A stretch of 64,000 nt of DNA from Rectinemataceae bacterium (GTDB lineage: Bacteria > Spirochaetota > Spirochaetia > Treponematales > Rectinemataceae), in NCBI GenBank assembly GCA_049513895.1, contig JBEKVO010000005.1, positions 13,389 to 77,388 of the forward strand, read 5' to 3'. Numbering within the stretch: position 1 is the stretch's first letter; each line of letters opens with the position of its first letter. The notes under the pieces are model-generated. The model was not told where the DNA came from, searched no databases, and was given only the letters and a program-made list of their open reading frames with translations. Below, in pieces: positions 9,951 to 17,915 of this stretch. Made by a program: the position numbers and the translations under genes.

Positions 9951-10209
9951 TATAATCTCCATTAGATGATGTTGTTCGTGTCCAGTCTTTCCAATGGCAT
10001 TGGGCGACCTCAACTATGCCAAGTTCCCGTAATCCGCGGTATAAGATACGACAGTGGTTCATAGATCGACTAGAAGAAGTGCTCTGCAATCGGCGGGAAA
10101 GATGGTTTAAACCGAGATATGTGCATTGGTCCCACCTTCTGCGGCCCCAATTTTACATCACTCGGACCGTGTATCAAGGGGCACTCGTCCCGTGAAATCG
10201 AGCCGAACG

Positions 10210-12069
10210 CTAGTATCGCACCAGGCACTTGGGCCCGCTGCCGATGAGATCTCGCCTGCCCGCCAGGATAAGCGCCTCATGGACGAGCTCGCGGTTCTCG
10301 GGTTTATTGAACTGAAGGAGGGCGCGCTGCATCGCCCTCTCGCGCTCGCCGCGGGCGACGTGAACGGCATCGCCCGTGGTCGGGTCCATCCCGGTCCAGT
10401 ACATCGCGGTCGCGAGGGTTCCCGGCGTGGGATAGAAGTCCTGCGCCTGGTCGGGCACGAAACCCGCGTCGCGCAGGTACAGGGCGAGCTCGACGGCCTC
10501 GCGGAGGCCAGCGCCGGGATGGGCCGAGATGAAGTAGGGCACGAGGTACTGCTTGAGTCCGACCTCGCGATTGAGTTCCGCATAACGCTTGGAGAAAACC
10601 GCATAGGCCGCGTTGCCGGGTTTGCCCATCAGGCGCAGAACCGTCTCGGATACGTGCTCGGGCGCCACCTTGAGCTGGCCCGAGATGTGATGCTCTACGA
10701 GCTCGCGGAAAAAAGTCTCGTCGCGGTCGAGCGTGAGGTAGTCGAAGCGTATGCCCGAGCGTATGAATACCTTCTTCACGCCGGGGAGCCTGCGAATCGC
10801 ACGCAGTATGCCCAGGTACTCGCCATGGTCCACCTGGAGATTGGGACAGGGCTCGGGGGAGAGGCAGAGCCTGTCGGGGCAGGACCCCGACTCGTCGGTC
10901 TTGCGGCAGGCCGAGGCGCGAAAATCGGCGGTGGGTCCGCCGAGGTCGTGGATGTATCCCTTGAAGTCCGGCATGCCCGCGAGGATCGCGGCCTCGCGCA
11001 GAAGGGACTCGCGGCTTCTCGAGGAGATGGCCTTGCCCTGGTGCAGGGTGATCGAGCAGAAGGAGCAGCCCCCGAAGCAACCCCGACTCGAGACCAGGGA
11101 AAACTTGACCTCGGAGAAGGCGGGAACGCCGCCGAAGGCATCGTACATGGAATGCCAGGCGCGTTCGTAGGGCAGCTCGTGAACGCGGTCGAGCTCAGGC
11201 CGCGAGAGCGGAAGAGAGGGCGGCTCCTGAATCACGAAACGCGTATCGCTGCGCTCGACGAGGGCTTTCGCGTAATGCGGGTCCGCGTTGGCGTAGCGCA
11301 CGCGGGTGGCCTCGAGGAAGGCCGCCTTGTCGGAGGAGCTCTCCTCGTAGGAAGGCAACAGGATAAAGGAACCCGGCTCGAGCTCGGGCGGCTTGGATGC
11401 GTGCCAGGCCGTACCCGCTATCCCGCGCAGATCGGCGACGGCGCCCGAAAGCGCGGCCGCGGCGAGACGCCCAAGTATTTCGGATACCGCCTGCTCGCCC
11501 ATCCCGTGGACCAGGATGTCCGCCTTCGAGTCGAGGAGGATGGAGCGGCGCACCTTGTCGGACCAATAGTCGTAGTGGGCTAAAGAGCGAAGCGAGGCCT
11601 CGACGCCGCCGACCACGACGCGTACTCCCTTATAGGCCTCTCTGGCCTTGGCCGCGTAGGCGATGACCGCCCGATCCGGCCTCGCTTGGGTCCTCCCCGC
11701 GACTCCCTTCCCGATCGTGCCGTCGCCGCGCAGGCAAAGTTCGGCTCTCCCTCCCGGCGCGTAGTCGTCCTCGGATCGGGGTTTGCGGTTGGCCGTGTAC
11801 GAGGAGACCATCGAATCGAGGGCCCCCGCAGTGACGAGGAAGGCGAGCCGCGGTCTTCCGAGGAGGCGGAAGGCCGAGACGTCGTCGGGGTCGGGGCGGG
11901 CGATGACGCCGACGCGATAGCCCTCGGCCTCGAGGAGGCGTCCGAGCAGGGCGACGCCGAAGGATGCGTGGTCCACGTAGGCGTCGCCCGTGACGAAGAT
12001 CGCGTCGAGGCCGCCGGGATTGAGGCCCCACGCGGCGAAGTCGGGGGCCAGGGCCGGGAGGAAGGGCAT
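10210..12069 (-). CDS. ygiQ: YgiQ family (UPF0313) radical SAM protein
   Basis: MPFLPALAPDFAAWGLNPGGLDAIFVTGDAYVDHASFG N-terminus and CFGGCSFCS radical-SAM cluster motif. Confidence 0.85.
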   Translation of the reverse strand: MPFLPALAPDFAAWGLNPGGLDAIFVTGDAYVDHASFGVALLGRLLEAEGYRVGVIARPDPDDVSAFRLLGRPRLAFLVTAGALDSMVSSYTANRKPRSEDDYAPGGRAELCLRGDGTIGKGVAGRTQARPDRAVIAYAAKAREAYKGVRVVVGGVEASLRSLAHYDYWSDKVRRSILLDSKADILVHGMGEQAVSEILGRLAAAALSGAVADLRGIAGTAWHASKPPELEPGSFILLPSYEESSSDKAAFLEATRVRYANADPHYAKALVERSDTRFVIQEPPSLPLSRPELDRVHELPYERAWHSMYDAFGGVPAFSEVKFSLVSSRGCFGGCSFCSITLHQGKAISSRSRESLLREAAILAGMPDFKGYIHDLGGPTADFRASACRKTDESGSCPDRLCLSPEPCPNLQVDHGEYLGILRAIRRLPGVKKVFIRSGIRFDYLTLDRDETFFRELVEHHISGQLKVAPEHVSETVLRLMGKPGNAAYAVFSKRYAELNREVGLKQYLVPYFISAHPGAGLREAVELALYLRDAGFVPDQAQDFYPTPGTLATAMYWTGMDPTTGDAVHVARGERERAMQRALLQFNKPENRELVHEALILAGRRDLIGSGPKCLVRY

Positions 12070-12212
12070 GCGGCGATTATACCAAGGTCTGCGATAGTAA
12101 GGCGACATGCTCCGCATGTCGCAAACTTAAGGAAGGCTTGGTGAGAGGCCTTCATTGCGACGCTCCCTTTGGTCGTGTCGCCTTATTAATGAAGGCCGCT
12201 ATAGGTCTCGCG

Positions 12213-13877
12213 TCATCCCTTGGCGAGGCTCCTGTTGACCGCGGAGAGAACTGCGCGCACGCCGGCCGCCGCGATGCTCGGGTCGGTGCCGACGCCCCAG
12301 GACTTGCCCTCGCCGGGTCCGCGCGCCAGCACATAGGCGACGGCGAGCGCGTCGGAGCCCGAGGAGAGGGCGTCCTCGTGGAAGGACAGGACGCTCACTC
12401 CCGCGATGCCGAGGGTGGAGAGGCTGTGCACGAAGGCGTCGATGGGGCCCTTGCCCTTGCCGACTATCTCGCGCTCCTCGCCGCGGAAGCGGACGCGGGA
12501 CCGCCAGGTCGTCTCGCCGTTGGCGTGGTCGGGTATCTCGTTGAAGGACAGGAGGGCGAGCGGAGCGGTCACGTTGAGGAACTCGGTCTCGTAGAGCGCG
12601 CGAATTTCGTCGATCGAGAGCTCGGTGCCTCGCCTGTCGGCGATGCGATTGATGAACATCCCCACTTCCGGGTGCATCGCCTTGGGCAGGTCGTAGCCGG
12701 CGTTCTCCTTGAGGATATAGGCGACGCCGCCCTTGCCCGACTGGCTGTTGATGCGGATGATCGCCTCGTAGTTCCTGCCCAGGTCCTTCGGGTCGATGGG
12801 GAGGTACGGCACTTCCCAGGGCGCCTCGGGGTCGACGAGTTTGGCTCGCATTTCGATGCCTTTTTTAATCGCGTCCTGGTGCGAGCCCGAGAAGGCCGTG
12901 TACACGAGCTCTCCCGCGTAGGGGTGTCGCTGGGCCACTTCCATCCCGGTAAAGCCCGAGTAGGCCGAGACTATGCGCGGCAGGTCGTAGAGATCGAGAC
13001 CGGGATCTATCCCCTGGCTGTACAAGTTGAGCGCCATCGTGACTATGTCGAGGTTGCCCGTTCGCTCCCCGTTGCCGAACAGCGTGCCCTCCACCCGGTC
13101 GGCCCCGGCGAGCAGAGCCAGCTCGCTGGCCGCGACTCCCGTGCCGCGGTCATTGTGCGTGTGAAGGCTCACGATCGCCGAGTCGCGGCGCGACAGGTGC
13201 GTGATGAACCACTCGATCATGTCCGCGTAGAGATTGGGCGTCGAGGATTCCACGGTGGCGGGGAGATTGAGGATGATGGGCTTATTCGGCGTGGGCCCCC
13301 ACTCGTCCATCACCGCCTCGCATACCTCGAGGGCATACTCGACCTCGGTGTTGGAGAAGCTCTCGGGCGAGTACTCGAGGATCAGGTCGGTGCCCGGCAC
13401 ACGCCCGAGGCCAGCCTTGACGAGCCGCGTACCCTCGATCGCGATGGCCTTGATCTCGTCCTTCGACATTCCGAAAGTCACCTTGCGCTGCACCGGCGAC
13501 GTCGAGTTGTAGATGTGGAAAATCGCCTTCTTCGCCCCGGCGAGACTCTCGAAAGTGCGCTCGACCAGATGCTCCCTGCATTGGCAGAGCACTTGAATCG
13601 CGACCCCTTCGGGAATCCTCCCATGCTCGATCAGCTCGCGCGCGAAGTCGAACTCTATCTGGCTCGCCGAGGGGAAGCCGATTTCGATCTCTTTAAAGCC
13701 GATGTCGAGGAGGAGGTCGAAGTACTCGAGTTTCTCGTCCACGCCCATGGGCTCGACGAGGGCCTGGTTGCCGTCGCGAAGGTCCACCGAGCACCAGCGC
13801 GGGGCCTTCTCGATGCTCCGGCCGGGCCAGGCCCGATCGACGGAAGGCGGTTTTGGGAAGGAGCTGTACTTGGCCAT
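12213..13877 (-). CDS. leuA: 2-isopropylmalate synthase (long, actinobacterial-type form)
   Basis: RWCSVDLRDGNQALVEPMG, HTHNDRGTGVA motifs; CAGGAGGACAAG RBS before ATG 13877. Confidence 0.9.
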   Translation of the reverse strand: MAKYSSFPKPPSVDRAWPGRSIEKAPRWCSVDLRDGNQALVEPMGVDEKLEYFDLLLDIGFKEIEIGFPSASQIEFDFARELIEHGRIPEGVAIQVLCQCREHLVERTFESLAGAKKAIFHIYNSTSPVQRKVTFGMSKDEIKAIAIEGTRLVKAGLGRVPGTDLILEYSPESFSNTEVEYALEVCEAVMDEWGPTPNKPIILNLPATVESSTPNLYADMIEWFITHLSRRDSAIVSLHTHNDRGTGVAASELALLAGADRVEGTLFGNGERTGNLDIVTMALNLYSQGIDPGLDLYDLPRIVSAYSGFTGMEVAQRHPYAGELVYTAFSGSHQDAIKKGIEMRAKLVDPEAPWEVPYLPIDPKDLGRNYEAIIRINSQSGKGGVAYILKENAGYDLPKAMHPEVGMFINRIADRRGTELSIDEIRALYETEFLNVTAPLALLSFNEIPDHANGETTWRSRVRFRGEEREIVGKGKGPIDAFVHSLSTLGIAGVSVLSFHEDALSSGSDALAVAYVLARGPGEGKSWGVGTDPSIAAAGVRAVLSAVNRSLAKG

Positions 13878-13914
13878 CTTGTCCTCCTGTATCCATGAGC
13901 TCCGGCGGCGAGCC

Positions 13915-13950
13915 AAAAAAAGGCCCGCGTGCCGTGAGCGGCAGCGGGCC
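13915..13950 (-). terminator. Rho-independent terminator of the leuA leader (attenuator)
   Basis: On minus strand GGCCCGCTGCCG-CTCA-CGGCA(C)GCGGGCC followed by TTTTTTT, 37 nt upstream of leuA ATG. Confidence 0.7.
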
Positions 13951-13971
13951 TAATCGAGGGGTAAAATCCCC

Positions 13972-14109
13972 CTATCCGGCTTGTATCGCCGAACCCGCGC
14001 CGCTCATGCTCCTAAGGAGGAGCCCGCTAAGGAGGAGGCCGTTGAGTAGGAGGCCGCTCGAGCCGAGGGGGAGGAGTTCGCGCGATTCGAAAGTCGGAGT
14101 GTTCTTCAT
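13972..14109 (-). CDS. Leucine-rich leader peptide (45 aa) of leuA
   Basis: Hand translation: MKNTPTFESRELLPLGSSGLLLNGLLLSGLLLRSMSGAGSAIQAG; 13 Leu including three LLL runs; ends 22 nt before the terminator stem. Confidence 0.6.
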   Translation of the reverse strand: MKNTPTFESRELLPLGSSGLLLNGLLLSGLLLRSMSGAGSAIQAG

Positions 14110-14196
14110 TCGGTGTTCCTACGGGCAGAGGCTATAGGAGCTTTCCCTCTTGGTCAAGCCCCCGGAGGCCGGTATTGGGTTATACTCGAAGCCGAT

Positions 14197-14649
14197 ATGA
14201 ACCCAGCGCAGACTTTTAGCCAAACGCAGATCGCCTATTTGCTCGTCGTGGCCGTCATTGTCGCGGCGGCCCTGATCGCCCTCGGGCTGTACCTCGGCTT
14301 GCGCCTTGGAAAACGCTCCGGCAGGCTCGAGGCCGAGCGCGGCTTGCCCGACCGTCTCGCGTCGGAGCGGGGCGACGCCGTGCGCCGCTCGCGCGCCGTC
14401 CTTGGCGGCCTCGCGGCCGAGCAGCTCGCACCCTACCTTCCCGGCTTCCCCTTCGACCCTACGGAGCTGCGCTTCATCGGCAAGCCCGTCGACTTTCTCG
14501 CTTTCGTCGGCGCCTCGAAGGGGAAGATCGAGGAAGTGGCCTTCGTGGAAGTGAAGTCGGGCAACGCGGCATTAAGCCCCGTCGAGCGCAGCCTGCGCGA
14601 AGCCGTGAAGGCGGGCCGCGTGCGCTGGGTGGAATATAGGGCGCCCTAA
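14197..14649 (+). CDS. Membrane-anchored Holliday-junction-resolvase-like endonuclease family protein (PF10107-like)
   Basis: N-terminal TM helix, then RRSRAVLGGLAAEQLAPYLPGFPF...FIGKPVDFLAF...VAFVEVKSGNAALSPVERSLREAV pattern. Confidence 0.6.
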   Translation: MNPAQTFSQTQIAYLLVVAVIVAAALIALGLYLGLRLGKRSGRLEAERGLPDRLASERGDAVRRSRAVLGGLAAEQLAPYLPGFPFDPTELRFIGKPVDFLAFVGASKGKIEEVAFVEVKSGNAALSPVERSLREAVKAGRVRWVEYRAP

Positions 14650-14656
14650 GGCCGGG

Positions 14657-15484
14657 TCATTCGGGCCTTCCGCCGAAGGCGAGGATGGCCTCGAGGACGC
14701 CGCCCGCGACGGCTCGGGCCTTGTCCGAGACCGAGAGGCAGTGCGCGGTCTCGCCGCGCGGGTCGACGTCGGCCACCTTGAGGCCGGCGCGGACGGTTAT
14801 GCCGGGACGGATGAGGCCCCGGAGAGTGCCGTCCAGCGCGGAGGGCACGATGAGACGCGACTCGGTATCGGGATCGCACAACGCGAGGATCGGCTCTCCC
14901 GCGGCGACGCCGTCGCCGATTCTTCGCAGGGCTTCCACGACTCCGGCGGCCGGGGCATGCACTACGCGCTCGACTCCCCGTCCGCCGACGATACCGGGAA
15001 TGCCGGTGTCCGGCTCAACCGATCCCTCGCGGATGACCCTGCCGAGGTGATGGCCGCGGTTAGTCTCTACGACGGCGTGGGCGTCCCGGGGAGCCTCGAA
15101 GCCGGGTCCGAGGGCCACCACGATCGGGGCCATGGATGGCCTTGTGCCGAGATTCCTCTTTGCCAGTATTGCATCGACGAGGGCGATGGGCGACAGCGCG
15201 GAAAGACATTCACAGAGCGGGTCTACGAGAATGGGCACGATCCCGTCGCGCATGAAATCCATCGCCTCGGAAGCCGACCCGGCCCTTCTGGCGAGCTGCC
15301 CCTCCACGCGGGCCTCGCCGTCGTAGACCGCCTCGGAGAAGGCGACGGTTCGCCGTATAGCCGTCGGAGCGGCGATCTCGAGGGCCGCGACGCGGAATCC
15401 CGACCTGACGAGGCGCAGGATAACGCCCGTCGCGAGGTCCCCGGCCCCCCGGACGACGACGATGCCGTGAAAGCGTTGGATCAC
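14657..15484 (-). CDS. yqeB: Selenium-dependent molybdenum hydroxylase system protein, YqeB family
   Basis: VVVRGAGDLATGVILRLVRSGFRVAALEIAAPTAIRRTVAFSEAVYDG N-terminal signature; ~275 aa. Confidence 0.7.
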   Translation of the reverse strand: MIQRFHGIVVVRGAGDLATGVILRLVRSGFRVAALEIAAPTAIRRTVAFSEAVYDGEARVEGQLARRAGSASEAMDFMRDGIVPILVDPLCECLSALSPIALVDAILAKRNLGTRPSMAPIVVALGPGFEAPRDAHAVVETNRGHHLGRVIREGSVEPDTGIPGIVGGRGVERVVHAPAAGVVEALRRIGDGVAAGEPILALCDPDTESRLIVPSALDGTLRGLIRPGITVRAGLKVADVDPRGETAHCLSVSDKARAVAGGVLEAILAFGGRPE

Positions 15485-16278
15485 CGCGATCCTCCATCCG
15501 CGATATCGCCGAAGGCACCGACGACGACGGCGTCAGCCACCTCCGCCGCGGCGAGCGTCGCCGCGCATTCATCCGCGAGCGCTTGGGAAACCGTGTCGGC
15601 CTTGTTGAGCACCACGATCCTGCGGGCGCCGGAAGGCGTCCCTTTGAAGAGGCCTTGGGGCGAGGCGACGAGTCGGACGAGGTGCTCGGGCGAAATAGCC
15701 TCGCCGGGAGCGCAGGAGACCAGGGGGCCGAAGAGCTCCGGCTTGTACGCGATCCACCCGTCCATCGCCGCTCCTAACGCGTCCAGGCCGATAAGGCCGA
15801 CGACTACGGAACAATGCGAGGGGACTACGGGCTCGTAAAGCGCGGGCGCCTTGATGGAAAGTCCCCGGGCCCCGTCGGCCTCGACGAGGACGACATCGAA
15901 AAGGACCTTGAGGGCCGAAATGGATTCCGGATCTATGCCGAATAATTTGCCGTCTTCATCGCAGCCCGAGCCGAGTACGACGCGGGGCCCTTCCGATCGC
16001 ATAAGCTCGATGGACGCCGGCGAGGACGGATCGGGCAACATGAGGACCCTGCCGAATCCCTTTCCCTCTCGCGCGGAGGCCGCGTCGGGATTGAGTATCC
16101 TCGTGGTCGTCGTGGCCAGAATCCGAGTTCCCGAGGATGCGAGGGACCGCGCGAGGGCGAACATCGCGCTCGTTTTGCCCCCGGCGCCCACGAAGGCCAC
16201 GACGGCTGCGCCGGGAGCGGTGGAGGCTTCCAGTACGAGGGAACGGAGCTCGACGAGCCCTCGAATCGCCTCGCTCAT
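15481..16278 (-). CDS. yqeC: Selenium cofactor biosynthesis accessory protein YqeC
   Basis: VAFVGAGGKTSAMFALA P-loop and ILATTTTRILNP; ATGA overlap with upstream methyltransferase (16275-16278) and 4-nt overlap with yqeB. Confidence 0.65.
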   Translation of the reverse strand: MSEAIRGLVELRSLVLEASTAPGAAVVAFVGAGGKTSAMFALARSLASSGTRILATTTTRILNPDAASAREGKGFGRVLMLPDPSSPASIELMRSEGPRVVLGSGCDEDGKLFGIDPESISALKVLFDVVLVEADGARGLSIKAPALYEPVVPSHCSVVVGLIGLDALGAAMDGWIAYKPELFGPLVSCAPGEAISPEHLVRLVASPQGLFKGTPSGARRIVVLNKADTVSQALADECAATLAAAEVADAVVVGAFGDIADGGSR

Positions 16279-17123
16279 TTCGACTTCCCGTGTCTGGGCG
16301 CCGGCCAGTACAAAAGCGCGGACCGCGTCGAGGGCGGCCATTCGTACCGGCCATCACAGTATGTCAGGCGCCGCCGCAGTATGGCGGTGAGCAAATCGTC
16401 GTGTTTTTTCGAACCGACTATATCTAGCCTCCACTTGATCTCGCTCAGGGCGTCCTCCAAAGTGGGATGCGTCCACGGTTCCCATGGATCGCTTTCTTCC
16501 ATCAAAATATTCGGACTGATCCCCATCTGCACAAGGACATTGAAAGCCACGACCACGTTCGCGCTATCATGGGGCTGTCCCCACACCAGCATGGCGGCTT
16601 CCGCCATGACACTGTCGAGAAGAGGGACGCGCATGAGGAGATAGCACTCGCGGCGGGTCAGGTCCTCCATCCTTCGGATGAAGGAGGGAAGATCGGCACT
16701 GTCGTACATGGCATGCGAGCAGAAGGAATAATCATGCGGCGCGACTTCGACCTCCGGCCAACGGCCCTGCACGATCTCGACCTTGCGGATGGATTCGGCA
16801 TCGAGCCTCTCGCGCAGCACCTCGATCATGGCCGACGAGGGTTCGACGGCGGTGACCATGCGCGCGCGTCGGGCAATCAGAGCGGCCCAGGCGCCCGTCC
16901 CGGCACCGATATCGAGCACCGTGCAACCCGCATCCAGCCGCGAGGCGATGAATTCGCGCAAGGAATCGGGCCTGGTCCAGCGGCGTCTTATGGCATCGTC
17001 GAAATCGCGCGCCTTTAAGCGCCAAAAATCTTCTTCCTTCCCGTGCCCCGCGGCTTCCCGTCCCCTGGCGTGGGCCTGGACCAGTTCCCGCCATAGGGCG
17101 GCCCAATCCGTTGTCTTTTCCAT
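16275..17123 (-). CDS. Class I SAM-dependent methyltransferase
   Basis: VLDIGAGTGAWAALIA motif I; ATG 17123 (MEKTTDW) preferred over TTG 17135. Confidence 0.75.
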   Translation of the reverse strand: MEKTTDWAALWRELVQAHARGREAAGHGKEEDFWRLKARDFDDAIRRRWTRPDSLREFIASRLDAGCTVLDIGAGTGAWAALIARRARMVTAVEPSSAMIEVLRERLDAESIRKVEIVQGRWPEVEVAPHDYSFCSHAMYDSADLPSFIRRMEDLTRRECYLLMRVPLLDSVMAEAAMLVWGQPHDSANVVVAFNVLVQMGISPNILMEESDPWEPWTHPTLEDALSEIKWRLDIVGSKKHDDLLTAILRRRLTYCDGRYEWPPSTRSALLYWPAPRHGKSK

Positions 17124-17194
17124 AAGGGCTTCCAAGCCTCTCAGTATACTCTATTGTCAAGCTTTCGAGAGTTCGTCGAATCGACACGAGCTCT

Positions 17195-17854
17195 TCAAGA
17201 ACATTTTCGAGGCAGTGGCCGCAGGACCACCACGCAGCGATCATCCTCGAGGAATGGAACTTTTATGGGGAGTATCTCGGCGCTGGAGTAGAGTCCTTTT
17301 ATCTCCGAAAGCTCGGCGCGGGCCTTGTCCGCCTTTCCCTTATACGCGACCACCGCTCCCTTTGGGCCGCATAACGCGAAGACGCGCTTGAAAAGCTTGT
17401 GCTCGAAGGGCTTGAATGCCCGAAAAGTGACGAGGGCGTACTCGCCGCGCGCGTGCTCGACCTGGACTTCGATTACCTCGGCGTTGTCGATGGGAATGAG
17501 GTCGATGAGGCCGCGAAGAAAATCGGTGCGACGGGTCATGCGGTCGATGAGGGAGACGCGGGCATCCGGCAGGGCGAGGGCGAGGGGAACGCCGGGGAGG
17601 CCCGCGCCGGTACCCAGGTCGGCGATGCGGGGGTGGGGCCCGTCGGCGATGAGGTTTTTAATTATTTCCAGGGGAGCGAGGCTGTCGAGGATATGCTTGG
17701 TGACGAGCTCGTCGCCCGAAGCCCCCACGAGGCCAAGGCTGGGGTTGAGTCGCTCGATCTCCGCAATGTAGCGGCGCAGCTTGTCGGTCAGGCCGCCGGA
17801 AGGCGGTAGGCCGAGGGATTCGAGGCCGCGTCCGAGTATATCGGTCTCCGACAT
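17195..17854 (-). CDS. rsmG: 16S rRNA (guanine527-N7)-methyltransferase
   Basis: KHILDSL..., DLGTGAGLPGVPLAL motif; GGGAG RBS before ATG 17854. Confidence 0.85.
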   Translation of the reverse strand: MSETDILGRGLESLGLPPSGGLTDKLRRYIAEIERLNPSLGLVGASGDELVTKHILDSLAPLEIIKNLIADGPHPRIADLGTGAGLPGVPLALALPDARVSLIDRMTRRTDFLRGLIDLIPIDNAEVIEVQVEHARGEYALVTFRAFKPFEHKLFKRVFALCGPKGAVVAYKGKADKARAELSEIKGLYSSAEILPIKVPFLEDDRCVVVLRPLPRKCS

Positions 17855-17915
17855 TCTGCTCCCTTTTTTGGAACGAATTGAGATAGAATAACTGGAACTC
17901 CAGCTTAAGTTCCAG

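Noticed and set aside
10126-11583. 485-aa ORF on the plus strand antisense to ygiQ. Similar long antisense or alternative-frame ORFs: 12138..13898 (opposite leuA), 26540..28189 (opposite pyrG), 3891..5282 and 4517..5656 (in or opposite the P-type ATPase), 60732..61949 and 60824..61951 (in or opposite the GPH transporter), 39286..40911.
   Set aside because: Their translations are Arg/Gly/Pro/Ala-rich with no motifs. The partner strand or frame carries unmistakable conserved proteins. Long open antisense frames are expected in GC-rich DNA.
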